A DNA stretch of 64,000 bases. It comes from Macrostomum lignano (Eukaryota). The notes beneath the pieces are model-generated. The model saw only the letters and a program-made list of their open reading frames with translations. It was not told where the DNA came from and did no database searches. The translations under genes and the position numbers were made by a program. The stretch spans positions 620,001 to 684,000 of the forward strand of contig NIVC01000031.1 of the NCBI GenBank assembly GCA_002269645.1. Direction: 5' to 3'. This document shows positions 12,789-25,764 of this stretch, piece by piece. Each line of letters opens with the position of its first letter. Positions within the stretch are counted from its first letter, which is position 1.

Positions 12789-15078
12789 TCACTCGCAGCT
12801 GTCAGCAAACGGGGCGATCAACTCCAGTACAACTTTGCCATGATCCCTGTCCGAAGTGCCGCCATCAGAACACTGGACTCCGCCGCAGAACGAGCCGCCT
12901 CCGCCTCCTCCGGAGCCTCCGTTCAGAGAGGCGCCGCCTCCGCTATAGCCGCCTCCTCCACCGGCAGCTCCACTACCATTTGAATCGCTTCTACCGCCTC
13001 CTCCGCCTCCGCCGAAACCGCCATCGTTTTCACTGCCGCCGCCGTGACCTCCGACCCAGCCTTCGGCCAGACCGCCGCCTCGCTCTCCGTCTTTATCACT
13101 TTGCCTCGGGTTGACGGCCCGGCCCAGCCAGCCGGCGCCGCAGCCGCCGTGGTAGCTATCAGAAGATGTGTTGCTGGGATTATTTTTTCCAGGATTCCCA
13201 TTGACGCCTCCGAAGCCAGACGTCTCAGGGCGATAATCATTAGCATTGCTCGCGTTCAGCCCTGGCTCCCCTTGGCAGCCTGTACAATAATTAGGGAGTT
13301 AGTTAAAGGCATGTACAGCCCAAGCCTTAAAGGTGAGACGTACCTCATGCGCATGGATCGCACGAAAAGTACCTAAGGCTAATTAATATGGCCTGGTTAC
13401 CTTGGCACTACAGCCAGAAATGAACTAGCCCTAAGAGAAACACTATTAAGATATTAAAATTGAACTCCAGTCTATAATAAATAGTCTATAAATTTTCTTT
13501 TACCTGGTTTTCCGAATCCAGCCCCGCCTCCTCCGCCAGCCGCGATGAGTGGTAGTTGGCTGTCCGCAGCTCTGTACACAAAGCTGCCGCCGCCGCCGCC
13601 TCCAGCGCCACCATTACTGCCCCCACTAATTATTTTTCCATTACCTCCCGCTTGCCCAACAACAATGTTTAGTAAGCTACCAGCCTGCATATAAAACCTG
13701 CCACTAATCACAGCTCCAAATCCGCCTGTATGAGTATTTCCCGGAGGAATTTTACCGCCTTTGGCTCCGGCCGCCTTGATGCGGTAGCAGCCGGTGACGT
13801 TGATCAGAGCGAACTGAACAGAGCCGCTCCTGCCCGTGTTGCTGTCTGCAGGAAAAGTGCGCGTGAGACTAAAGGCTACGAGAGTAAACCGGTTTAGTCC
13901 GGAACTCTACTTCGGATTCCTATTCTGTAGCTTTAATTGACGTGGCCCTTAATCTAATTATAACAATTGCATGACGGAATGACGTCCACCCTGACGTAAC
14001 GCCTAGGGTGACATCGTCCCTAATTTTAATGCTGAGTCAATTCTTCCAATTCTGCTGACCCCTGACGTTCTAGTCCTGTCTGGCATGTACACTCCTCTAC
14101 ATCTCTACGCCCGGGGTCAGCCCTCATAGTTCTGAATCGCACAACAACACACTGGCCAATTTTGAATGCATTGGGGTCGTGTGGCGCTCCGCTTCCTTTA
14201 ACACGTTTTTTATTGTTATAAGAATTTTGAATGCTACTGCTTGAGTTTGCTGCGCGACTTACTTTCAAACTTTTTCCTATTTTCGAAAGCTAGAGATGTC
14301 AGATTAATCTGTCTCTTTCTAAGCAGCTCTTCGAATCCATCCACTGTCCACATCCTGGCGCCCGGTTCCGCTCCAATTATTCGTTCCACGTGGCTACCAG
14401 GTGGTCCGGGTGTTTTCGAGGCGTCTCTAACGATAACTAGTTGGCACAGGCTAGCGGTTGTCATGACGACAACTATGGCGCATTCTTTTAGCTTGCAAGA
14501 GTAAATACAGCTTTGATCGGAGTTCATCCCGGTCAGGTTGACGAGTTCGGTGCTGATTGAAGTGTTGATAAGAATGGAATTGAAACGACGCAGGTATTTG
14601 TATCTCCCGCACGAGGCTGAAACGTGGTGCAAAATGACAATTAGTTTCTTAAAAAAGCGAACTTAAATGCAACTAAAATATTATTTTTCATTTCAGTGAC
14701 TACCTACAAGTACATGCATGAATCTTTTCGTTAGCAAAAAATTCCGTCAGATTTTGTTTAAATGCACTAAACTGAAAACGGGAACCTTATTGACAACACT
14801 CCTATGTCTGTCTATACGCACATACACTGTATATATGCGATGTACGATCGAAGTCGATGGACGTTGCTGATAAACGACATGATTGACACCGACGCATATA
14901 ACGACGTTTATTAGTCGGCTGAACATCTATCAAAGTTGCTGTATGAAGACAAATTTTCATTGAACTTTATGGACTCTCACGCATGAAAATAACAGATGAC
15001 GATGCAACACTTACCATCAGCATTCCTGCCAAGTGAAAAAATGAGAATAACTCCCAGAATTGGACGAGTTAGCAGCAT
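12789..15078 (-). CDS. Secreted PAN/apple-like + ALK/LTK-type glycine-rich domain protein, no TM or kinase, ~426 aa
   Basis: Exons 15078-15015 (signal MLLTRPILGVILIFSLG), 14616-14263, 13875(or 13845)-13504, 13279-12789, all phase 1. Motifs TGCYRIKAAGAKGG, GFGAVISGRF, NIVVGQAGG, GGGGGSFV, PLIAAGGGGG, GGGGGYSGG, GGGGGSFC...HGKVVL. Poly(A) signals on the minus strand at 12774 and 12672. Confidence 0.82.
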
Positions 15079-17384
15079 TTTTATCGGAGTTTCCTCAATC
15101 AAGTCACACTGACAGTAATATCAATTTCGATTAGTTCAAACTCTTTAATTCCTACTTGTTCTGCCAAGTACCCTCAATGTTTTTATACTTTTATAAACTA
15201 TATACTGTAGCTTGATGGTGATGATGGAGATACCGATCAAGCATCAAATATTTGCCATGGTGACACAGCTAGACTGTTATCTGCATCAGCTACCCTCCAT
15301 GGAAGACTCACAGGCGTGAAAAGTATCGATCAACAACTACCAAAAGTAGCCTTGTTAGAATATCCGCTATTTTCTTTCTGCCTATAATTCCAGCTAGGGA
15401 ACCCAAGCTTGAAACAATTGACTCCCATTGTTAGAAAATGCGAATATATTGTTATGTAAGCTCAATGGAGCTTGCATGCAGATGCATCTCGATAAATTTC
15501 TATCGCGTGAACCGTATCCAATTGTAAACGTCCCTTATACGATCGATTCCATGTGTGCTGCGGGTAAATTATAGCTGCACTCTAAAGTAAGTAGCTTCAC
15601 AGTTGATTGATCGAGAATATCACGGGGCGAATGCGCATGATAGACATCTGCGAGGCGTACACAGGAAGAGCTAAGGGAAGACGGCCGGACATACAATTTA
15701 AAAGTATACATGTACAAGTTTACAGAATCAAGAGATTATTTGGCCGGTCTGCCTTCTATATCGTGAAAACTTCCATTCTCTGTAATGTATTTTTTGGTAA
15801 AACCTGCCTACTTAAATTTAAGATGAAATGTAGTTTCCCATCCTTTTACTTGATGAAGTCCTTATTGCCTGCGTACTTTGTTTTTATAAAAGTACATTTT
15901 TTACCAGCGTACACGAATTCTCAAGCCCTCATTGCCCTCAGTGTCAGATTTAGTGACTTGCGGATAGCAGATATAGAAAAAGTTTCATTTATGCTTTTTT
16001 TAGAAATACAATGGAATTCTATAAAGTATTGATATAAACTCTATTGATATAAATTATTCAAAGAGAAATTGCTGTTCTTAGGAACTGCATTTCGTACTAG
16101 CAACAATGGATGCCAACTTCGCTTTAAATAGTTAGTAAATGTAGATTGTTACTTTTTAATTTTATTTTCATACGTCAAAGTATGCTATCTATTTAAAGTT
16201 TTATAGGATAATACTTTATTTGTTTTACCGCTTTGCTGGTTACATTGACATTTTAACTCGCGAAGTTAGGTCCTATTTTCAACGTAAAACCCGCCCCCAG
16301 GTACAGGTACAAGAACGGTTTCTACAATAGCAGTAAACTGTGTTGCTATTGAAGGCTCACCTACAAGTCTCCAAAGGCGACAAGGTTGTTAATAGTTTTG
16401 ATATCATATTGAATAACTATGAAAAATAGAAAAAAATTTCAAAAGGAACCATAAAGTGATAGAGTCGCCGTAGACAAAAAATATTTTTATTCTATATGTC
16501 TATATGTTCTATGTTCTATTTGTCTTACGATATGTACAAGTACATTTTAACTTCACTGTCTATTTTATTACTTTTGGTACAATTACCATTTTCACAGTCG
16601 ATTACCATTATGACTTCTGAACATATGTTGCTGTGACTAGAAAATAAAGAAATTCTGGATGTCAGAATAGATGAATTTATTTTTAGACTGTTGTATATGT
16701 TTGGTGCGGATTTAAAATAATATTAGTCTACAAAACTATAAACCCGAAATCTCAAAAAATAAAAAAAAGTTTTTATTTCATTTATGATCTATCTTCTAAT
16801 AACTATGAATTAATGATTTACAAAAAGTTCTCTATTCTAAAATGGTTGCTGTTAGAAGTAATTTTGAATTTTCAATAATTACTGAACATTACTGAACATA
16901 AATATAACATGCTTTCAAATATACCTTAAATAATAGACTAGTAAAAGGGATAATAACCAATAAGTACACAGTAAAAATCAGTAAAATTAGGAAAACAATT
17001 TATTTGATACAAGTTGGTTAAGTAAATTAGTATATGAAAAAATAGAGGTTCATATTTATTCATTTTCTTAGAAGTTTAGAATTAACCATGTATCATATTT
17101 TATCCCTTAATTATAAAAGCTCCACTTTGTTATACTTATTTATTGGCTTAAACTATTTAATCATAGTCAAAAATTTAAATAAAAATTTACCCAATTGTCA
17201 AAATACAAAGCCATTTGCACTGATTATAAATATTTTACCTACATCAAGCTAGCTCATAAATCAAATAATTTCTATTCAAAGCTTGTACTATCGCGATTCC
17301 GACTTTTACAGAGAAACAATGCCACACAATTAACCGTCCGCCTCTGCTGTCCGGTGCAGTAGAGACGTACAAATTCCACATATT

Positions 17385-18068
17385 ATGGACCCAGCCCGAC
17401 CCTCAGACAGGCGCTCCAACGGTGCAACTGGTCGCCATCAGTCAAACTGGCAACACCCAGCCGACCCCACTAGTAAGCATCCTCAGCAGCAGCAGCAGCA
17501 GCAGCAGCAGCCGACAACCCTTGTGCCAAATGGCGGACCAGCCGCTCCGCCTCCGGCCCTGAGGTCGCGGGCTCTACCCCAGATTCGACGGCCATCAGCC
17601 ACAACTGCAACGCGAAGGGATCACCCGACCGGAGCTGCGACGGCATCTGTCCCACCAGACGATGGTGGATTGCGCAGGCTGCCCAGACAGAGCCCTCTGG
17701 CTGAACTGCTCACCAGACAGATCCCGAGCCCTAATTGGCACTCGCAGAGCGGCCTGCGTCGCACCGTTTCCATGGGAACGCATCATCATCACCAGCAGCA
17801 GCAGCTGAGAACCACCAGATCCACAGTTGCCGCGGCTGCGGCTGCTGAAGCTTCAACGGAAATTCCAGAATCGGAGGACACCAACCAGCATCCCGCACCG
17901 TTGCCGCCCGTGTCAGCCCGGGTTCGCTCCCCGAGCCAGCGGCTCACGGAGATGGCCCGAATGTTCAGCAGCGGGGTGGTGTACTCCGCGCACCGCAGCG
18001 GCAGCGCCGGCTCAGCCTCCTTCGATGCATCCTCGCTGGCGGCCACCAGCGCCAAGAAGCGGCTGTGA
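17385..18068 (+). CDS. Orphan low-complexity, probably disordered protein (227 aa); single exon or terminal exon
   Basis: GC-rich ORF with ATG inside AT-rich flanks; polyQ, polyH and polyA tracts; acceptor-like sites upstream (17311, 17359). No recognisable domain. Confidence 0.5.
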   Translation: MDPARPSDRRSNGATGRHQSNWQHPADPTSKHPQQQQQQQQQPTTLVPNGGPAAPPPALRSRALPQIRRPSATTATRRDHPTGAATASVPPDDGGLRRLPRQSPLAELLTRQIPSPNWHSQSGLRRTVSMGTHHHHQQQQLRTTRSTVAAAAAAEASTEIPESEDTNQHPAPLPPVSARVRSPSQRLTEMARMFSSGVVYSAHRSGSAGSASFDASSLAATSAKKRL

Positions 18069-18099
18069 CGAACGACCGACTGGAGAACTTACTCGAGAT

Positions 18100-18328
18100 T
18101 ACTCAATCTTGATCCCATAGTCTGGGAGTTCGATCCCAAACTGCTCAATCCTGATCCCATTGAATCTGGGAATTAGATCCCAAACTGCTCAATCCTGATC
18201 CCATAGAATCTGGGAGTTCGATCCCAAACTGCTCAATCCTGATCCCATAGAATCTGGGAGTTCGATCCCAAACTGCTTAATCCTGATCCCATGGAATCTG
18301 GGAGTTCGATCCCAAACTGCTCAATCCT
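18100..18328. repeat. 44-nt minisatellite, ~5 copies
   Basis: Unit CAAACTGCTCAATCCTGATCCCATAGAATCTGGGAGTTCGATCC; starts 18181 and 18225 are 44 nt apart. Confidence 0.9.
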
Positions 18329-19869
18329 GAGAGTCAGACCCTAAGTTACTCTCAGTCTTAGAAAGAGTCCTACTTTATTTGTTTGGTGAAATCAGAAACC
18401 GCTATTATTTGTGCTTTGCTTGGAATTTTGTTAAAATTTTTATCTTGTTTTAACAATATGCCTGCATGCCAAATGGCTAAAGCTCTCAAATAGAAACTGC
18501 TTACGCAATGATATTCGAAGTGCCTTTGAAAATTCTTTTGTTCATTTCTCTTTATTTAGAGAGCTCAAGAATATTTTCTTGCAGATTGTTTTTGCACCGA
18601 TATTGTCATTTTCTCTGCCTAATTGCCTAAGCATCATGCCCCACTGCGCTTGTCTTGCCCGTTTGATGTCACTTCAACATCTGTCGGAAAATATAATCCA
18701 TTATTTATTATTATTTCTTCTCAACAATAAAATAGCGAAAAACGTGATAACTGCTACTTGTTAGCTGCATGTCAGTAGCTTATAACGTACAAAACTTTTT
18801 TCTATATGCAGAAAATTTGAATTGAGAGTAACGAAACTTATTTGATGGTTTCAGATCTCGATTTTTGCTAACTTCACAACATATCGGTATACCAAAGCAT
18901 CGCATTTTCATTTCTTCTCTACCGCCATTGCATCAATACTTTTGTTTTAGTTTTTAGTTTTCTTTTAGTAAAATTTCAAAGTTTCGACTGTCTATTTCAT
19001 AGGCTTCACAAGCTATAAGTACAAGTTGTAAATGCTTGCTTATTTCCATCTTTTCATGATTATTACTTCATTTGAACTCACCTGCTGCTTTTGCTCAGCC
19101 CCTTTGTTCTCGACTAAAACAAAAATATTGCTCAGTGTAACGAATAATTCTGATAACTATTTTCCGCTTTTAAAAAGCTTATTGAAACAATTGCTCCACT
19201 GCGCGCAGCTGGAAATTTTTAGCTGTTGCAAATTTTCTGCATCATTAAGTTGTTCTCCTAAATTTTTGTGTTGTTTTGTTGCTTCGGCTTCTTCTTGATT
19301 TTTCGTTGCTTTCAATGTGTTGCTTTTGTGTTTCTGTAACTTTTTGTTAAAATTTGTTTTAATGTGTCCAATTTTTACCGTGTCAATTTTGTCGTGCCTT
19401 TTCGTTGTTGTTTCAAAAGTAAAAATTCTTTAACTCGTATTTTCACGAAAAAGCGTAGCATGAAGCTGTTTAGGATCAGAGCTTTAGAATATTTTTGTTC
19501 GAAGAAACAAACATTTCACAGTTTCTCTTTTAACTGCTGCAGATGTGCCTAAAATGTTTGCACTTTTGTTTTAATTTGTGTACACCGATGTAATAAACTT
19601 GTATTTTTATTGTGAGCTATTATTCGTTTACTATTAATACGAGCTAATTTTGTAGCTTTTTCACGATAAGATGTGATTTGATTTGTTAAAAATGTAAATT
19701 CGTATCTGCTTTTGTTTCTTTGCTTCTTTTGATCAAGCAGTCCCCAATTTCTAAAGTACTGAAAATTGAAGAGGGGATTTGAATGGGTAGTGAAAATGAG
19801 ACGAGAAGAATCTGAAGATATAGAGGACAGGAGACGAGCTGAAAAGAGATAACACAGAAGATTATCAGT

Positions 19870-20905
19870 GGGAGAAGGGCGGAGATGAGATAAGATGAGA
19901 GGACAGGAAAGGAGAGGAGAGGAAAGGAGGCGAGAGGAGAGTATAGGGTAGGAGGCTAGAAGAGGAGAGGAGAGGAGAGGAGAGGAGAGGAGAGGAGGCG
20001 AGAGGAGAGTAGAGGAGAGGAGAGGAGAGGAGAGGAGAGGAGAGGAGAGGAGAGAGGAGAGGAGAGAGAGGAGAGGAGAGAGGAGAGGAGAGGAGAGGAG
20101 AGGAAAGGAGAGGAGAGGAGAGGAGAGAGGAGGGAGGAAAGGAGAGGAGAGGAGAGGAGAGGAGGAGGAGGAGGAGAGGAGAGGAGAGAGAGGAGAGGAG
20201 AGGAGAGGGAGGTGAGGAGAGGAGAGGAGAGGAGAGGAGAGGAGAGGAGAGGAGAGGAGAGGAGAGGAGAGGAGAGGGGAGGAGGAGAGGAGAGGAGAGG
20301 AAGGAGAGAGGAGAGGAGAGGAGAGGAGAGGAGAGGAGAGGGAGGAGAGGAGAGGAGAGAGGGAGGTAGAAAGGAGAGAAGAGGAGACGAGATGAGAAGA
20401 AAGAGGAGGCAAAACAGAACAAAGAGGCTAGAAGATCAGAGGATTACTAAAAGGAGAGGAGAGGAGAGGATGAAAAGAAGAGGAGAAGAGAAAAGGAAAG
20501 AGAGAGAGGAGCTGAGGAAAGAGAGGGGAGAGGAAAGAAGGGGAGGTGAGAAAGAGAAAGAAGTGGGACAAGGAGAGGAGAGGAGAGGGAGAGGTGAGGA
20601 AAGGAGAGGAGAGGAGAGGAGAGGAGAGGAGAGAAGAGAGGAGAGAAGAGGAGAGGAGAGGAGAGGAAAAAACAGGAGAGAAAAGGAGAGGAGAGGAGAG
20701 GAGAGGAAAGAACAGGAGAGAACAGGAGAGGAGAGGAGAGGAGAGGAGAGAGAAGAGGAGAGGAGAGAGGAGAGGAGAGGAGAGGAGAGAAAGAGAGGAG
20801 GGAGAGGGAGGAGAGGAGAGGAGAGGAGAGGAGAGGAGAGGAGAGGGAGGAGAAGAAGAGTGTTGAGGAAGAGGAGAGAGATGAGAAGAAAGAGGAGTTG
20901 CAAAA
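19870..20905. repeat. ~1-kb (AGAGG)n homopurine satellite
   Basis: Near-pure purine tract on the + strand; source of the spurious RRGEE and SSPLL ORFs. Confidence 0.95.
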
Positions 20906-21354
20906 CAGAACAAAATTGAGTTAAGTACGAATATCATTTGGGATTACAAATAACTAAATGTAAAATGGTCATGACGAAAGTTAATGCAGCCTATTCAAAA
21001 AATTCAGCTGATTAAGAACTGCTACAATGCTTATCAATTTGCCAATTTGTCCTAATAGACAACGCGCCCTGCCGTGCCCAGTTTCCAATTATGTTCGTCC
21101 TCAAAAAGGCCGCCCGTCATTCGTGTGAGCTTCTCAATTAGTAGTAAAGAAGCTGCTGGACATTTTAGTCTAATTAGATTTCCACTCGGCGCTGCACGCG
21201 CAATTTGGCTTTGAGATTTGAGCTGGGCACCTGTAAAGTCGGAACAACTGCTTAGTTCAGAGGCGTCGCCACCGGGGGGGGGACAAGGGGGACATGCAAA
21301 TGCTTTGTCCCACCACCCACGTTGCGATCCGTTGTGGAAATTAATAGTTTTGCT

Positions 21355-22008
21355 TCAGGGCGCCAAAATGAGTGCCTGCGGCGCCAAAAACGAGTGCCTG
21401 CGGCGCCAAAGTGAGTGCCTGCGGCGCCAAAATGAGTGCCTGAGGCGCCAAAATGAGTGCCTGAGGCGCTAAAATGAGTGCCTGAGGCGCCAAAATGAGT
21501 GCCTGAGGCGCTAAAATGAGTGCCTGAGGCGCCAAAATGAGTGCCTGAGGCGCTAAAATGAGTGCCTGCAAAGCTAAAATGAGTGCCTGCGGCGCCAAAA
21601 TGAGTGCCTGAGGCGCCAAAATGAGTGCCTGCGGCGCCAAAGTGAGTGCCTGCGGCGCCAAAATGAGTGCCTGAGGCGCCAAAATGAGTGCCTGAGGCGC
21701 CAAAATGAGTGCCTGAGGCGCCAAAATGAGTGCCTGAGGCGCCAAAATGAGTGCCTGAGGCGCCAAAATGAGTGCCTGAGGCGCTAAAATGAGTGCCTGA
21801 GGCGCCAAAATGAGTGCCTGAGGCGCTAAAATGAGTGCCTGAGGCGCCAAAATGAGTGCCTGAGGCGCTAAAATGAGTGCCTGCAAAGCTAAAATGAGTG
21901 CCTGCGGCGCCAAAATGAGTGCCTGAGGCGCCAAAATGAGTGCCTGAGGCGCTAAAATGAGTGCCTATAGCGCCAAAATGAGTGCCTGCGGCGCCAAAAT
22001 AAGTGCCT
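21355..22008. repeat. 21-nt minisatellite GCGCCAAAATGAGTGCCTGAG, ~31 copies
   Basis: Direct tandem repeats; 7-aa periodicity in the ORF track. Confidence 0.95.
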
Positions 22009-22104
22009 AACAACACGTTCGATTCTCAAAATAATATACACGTAGGAATTTAGTAATGTACTGTACATGCAAATGAAGAATTATTGTCTTTGTTCCCCCA
22101 ACAC

Positions 22105-22311
22105 CAGGGTTCGGAAAAGTTTTAAGACCTTCAGGCCCTGGCCAGATTAGTGCATGACTTCGGCCCACAGGAGGGGAGAGGGAAGAGAGATAGGAGAAAC
22201 GAGAGGTGAGGAGAAATGAGATTAAAGAGAAGGGATACAAACCTTCAAGTTTCAAGGAATCCGAGTGCCGGATAGAGAAGCTTTGTATGTCGGAGTTTGC
22301 GGACCCCTCTG
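22105..22311 (-). mobile_element. Degenerate hAT-like MITE copy (CT-core family), reverse orientation
   Basis: Reverse complement reads GAGGGGTCCGCAAACT...AAAGCTTCTCTATCCGGCACTCGGATTCCTTGAAACTT, then CT-rich sequence, matching the copies at 25407, 40081 and 43406. No TSD found. Confidence 0.55.
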
Positions 22312-23113
22312 CATGCTGTAGGCGCCCTCTGCTATAGAAGTCATGGCTATATTACTGGTTAATTTTATAGCATTAAAGCTCGAATCTTGCTGACTGCATC
22401 GGCCTCAGTTGCTATTAATAACAACACAGCTCAGAAACAATAATATTAGGTCTAGAAGAAGAAACTGGGCACCGCCCATACCGCTTTTATCCGATTGAAT
22501 GTCTCGCCGCGCAAAGCTACATGTAGGGGTGGAGCGGGACAGGCTCAGGGAGGAACTGCTGGAGCAGCTCTGGATCCTGACCAAATCCAATAGTCCCTCT
22601 CCGTTTCTGTAAACTCATTTCCCTGCCCAAATCTCTCTCGTCGGTGGGGACGGGCAACGCTCGTTCTCACCTAGACGCCCGTCGTGCCTCCCTATCCGGG
22701 ACCCGCGCCCAACCCCGCTCACCTCTGCACCTCTCCTGCCTCTCTACCCCGCTAAACTCCCCCGTTCATTTCAAAGAGTCAGTTAGGTTTGACATAGAAG
22801 AAGAAGGGGTGAGAGGGACTGACACTGACTGAAAGAGAGAGACAGAGAGTGGAAAGAGGACAGCGGCTCTCGGATGTTCAGCAGAAGAGAGAGAGACAGC
22901 CTCAGGAAGAAATAGCTGGCTTTGGCCATCCTGTGGGATTTATCCGCCTCCGCCCGTGCTCAAAGCTCTTCCCAACTGCAGTCCCATATTTGAGAAGCGC
23001 AATTTAAATAATATAGGAGAGCCAAGAGTGAAGACACTGCAGAGATTGTGGGACAGCTCTGTGGCTTTGCACTAGAATATTTATTTTGTTTATATCTTAG
23101 AAAACGGTCAGAA

Positions 23114-25728
23114 ATGATACAACAAATTTTAAAGCAACCGGGAACGGTATTAGCTATTATTTGGTTGTCTCTTGTGCAACCAGGTAAGTTGACTTGGTTT
23201 TATTTGTCTCTTGCTTCTAACATGTCCTCTCGCTGGTAGGGTGCCTGTCCTGTCTCTGGTAGGGTACCTGTCCTCTCTGGTAGGGTACCTGTCCTCTCTC
23301 TGGTAGGGTGCTTGTCCTGTCTCTGGTAGGATACCTGTCCTGTCTCTGGTAGGGTACCTGTCCTGTCTCTGGTAGGGTACCTGTCCTCTCTCTGGTAGGG
23401 TACCTGTCCTGTCTCTGGTAGGGTACCTGTCCTCTCTCTGGTAGGGTACCTGTCCTCTCTCTAGTAGGGTGCTTGTCCTCTCTCTGCCTCCAACCTGTCC
23501 TCTCTCTGGTAGGGTACCTGTCCTCTCTCTGGTAGTCTACCTGTCCTCTCTCTGGTAGGGTACCTGTCCTCTCTCTGGTAGGGTACCTGTCCTCTCTCTG
23601 GTAGTCTACCTGTCCTCTCTCTGGTAGGGTACCTGTCCTCTCTCTGGTAGGGTACCTGTCCTCTCTCTGGTAGGGTACCTGTCCTCTCTCTGGTAGGGTG
23701 CTTGTCCTGTCTCTGGTAGGGTACCTGTCCTGTCTCTGGTAGGGTACCTGTCCTCTCTCTGGTAGGGTACCTGTCCTCTCTGGTAGTCTACCTGTCCTCT
23801 CTCTGGTAGGGTGCTTGTCCTCTCTCTGGTAGCCTACCTGTCCTCGCCGCTGGCGCTCCTGGTGAACCTTCGAACAGCCACTTAGTTTATCCTTTTAAAA
23901 TTTATATCATAAAGTTATAACAAATATTTCAAATCTGATTAGCAAATTAAAAAATTAATAATAAATGTAATTTTATAGAACTGAATTTTGGTAAGACTTT
24001 GAAATCATTTGCTCTTTAAGTCTGACTTTGATTATCAAATTAAAAGTAAAACAAAGTCACGGTCATATAATTTAATTTAATTCACAGTACTAATTGTTGC
24101 TAAATATAGCGCAGCCGCAAGGTTAATTAACCCAAGGTTGAGTTGAAAAGTTTCCTATCCTTAAACTAGCAATCAATTTAAAGCTTTTAGAAAGGAATCC
24201 TATTCACTAAAGCCTAATTAATTATTAATCACCTATACATAGCTATAAAATGACCCACTGTATGAGTTTTTGAAGTTTTTCATCTTGTTAGATAGAAATC
24301 TCCCTGGCCATCTCGATTAAATTAGTTAATTATTAATTTGAACTGATGCAGTGCCCATGTCCACTGTTAGGCATATCCAACCAACTTAACCTGCTAAGCT
24401 CCGTCCATCCAATTAACCCTTGGATAGGTTTCGGCAATCTACCGCCCGCTGTGAGCAGGTGCGAAAATCTCAATAGCACCTACGTGACATTACCTGGCGG
24501 AGAGGACTGCTCGGGCTCGTCCTACATTATCTATTTTAAAGAAGAAATTCCTTCAGGTGAGAAATCGATTTTTTGACTACGGAATTTGGCTTTTTAGACA
24601 TCAAAAATGACATAGCCCCTCCTGACAAATTAAACCGCGCCACCTATCAAATGAAATGGCGCCTCCTATCAAATGAAATGGCGCCTCCAATCAAATGAAA
24701 TGGCGCCTCCTATCAAATGAAATGGCGCCTTCTATTAAATGAAATGGCGCCTCCTATAAAATGAAATGGCACCTCCAATCAAATGAAATGGCGCCTCCTA
24801 TCAAATGAAATGGCGCCTTCTATCAAATGAAATGGCGCCTTCTATCAAATGAAATGGCGCATCTCTCTCTCAAATGAAGTGGCGCCAATCAACTAATGAA
24901 GTGGCGCCTCTCTCTCTCAAATTAAGTGGCGCCTCTCTCTCAAATGAAATGGCGCCAATCAACTATTTAAATGGCGCCACTAATCTAACGAAATGGAACT
25001 TCCTATCAAAAGAATACTAAAAGTACATTCAGCAGTTATCCGCTCAATTCAATTCCAGGTGTGCCGCTGATGCGCATTGTTGCAGCAGACGCCGACGGTG
25101 ACAGCGTCTCAATGCAGCTGGTCGGTGCAGATCAGGCCACCTACTTCTTCCGGCTGACGTCGGATAGTGCGAGCAGGACCGCCGTGTTGTACTCTAGCGG
25201 TCGTCTCGATGCTGAGGTTCGATTCGAAATCGATTCAATATCGTTCCAGTAGGGATTTTGGGAAGTAGAAAGTACACACATACATGTAACATCAACCAAA
25301 AAGTAAAACATGCTTGAAGCAAGAAAAGTTTAGGCAAAATTTACTTTTTCCAATCTCTTTAGTGTATCTTGTGGTTACCATGTATCTTTGCGAATTCTCT
25401 TGCGAGCAGGGGTCTGCGAAGCCTCTCTATCCAGGCCTTCGGGTTCTTTGAAACTCCGATCAGTTCTTTTCTCTCCTATTTTATCTCCTCTCTTGCCTCT
25501 CGCCTCTCCTCTCTTCTTTTCTCTCACCTTTTCTCTCTTCTGTGTTCTCTCTCCTCTCCCCTCTCAATTTCTCTTCCCTCTCATCTCATCTTGCTCTTTT
25601 CTCATCTTGCTCTTTTGGCTTTTTGATTTAGATTTAGATTTAGATTTTTTGGCCTGACGAAGAGCCCAGAGGCTTGAAACCTTTAGCCTATAATAAAAAA
25701 ATTAAACACGACGTGACCTCTCTTCTCT

Positions 25729-25764
<36 letters not shown>

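Noticed and set aside
15205-15390. Short open frame after an AG (LDGDDGDTDQ...)
   Set aside because: Under 60 codons, with no partner exon or start identified.
18054-18068. C-terminal KRL as a peroxisomal PTS1
   Set aside because: Lys at -3 does not fit the [SAC]-[KRH]-[LM] consensus.
19549-22016. Long ORFs (SSPLL, RRGEE, GTHFGAS, APQALIL types)
   Set aside because: Translations of the AGAGG and 21-nt arrays; they are open in several frames and on both strands, with no splice context.
21258-22331. Pairing of CAGAGG at 21258 with CCTCTG at ~22331 as one transposon
   Set aside because: Only the first 6 bp match and there is no TSD.
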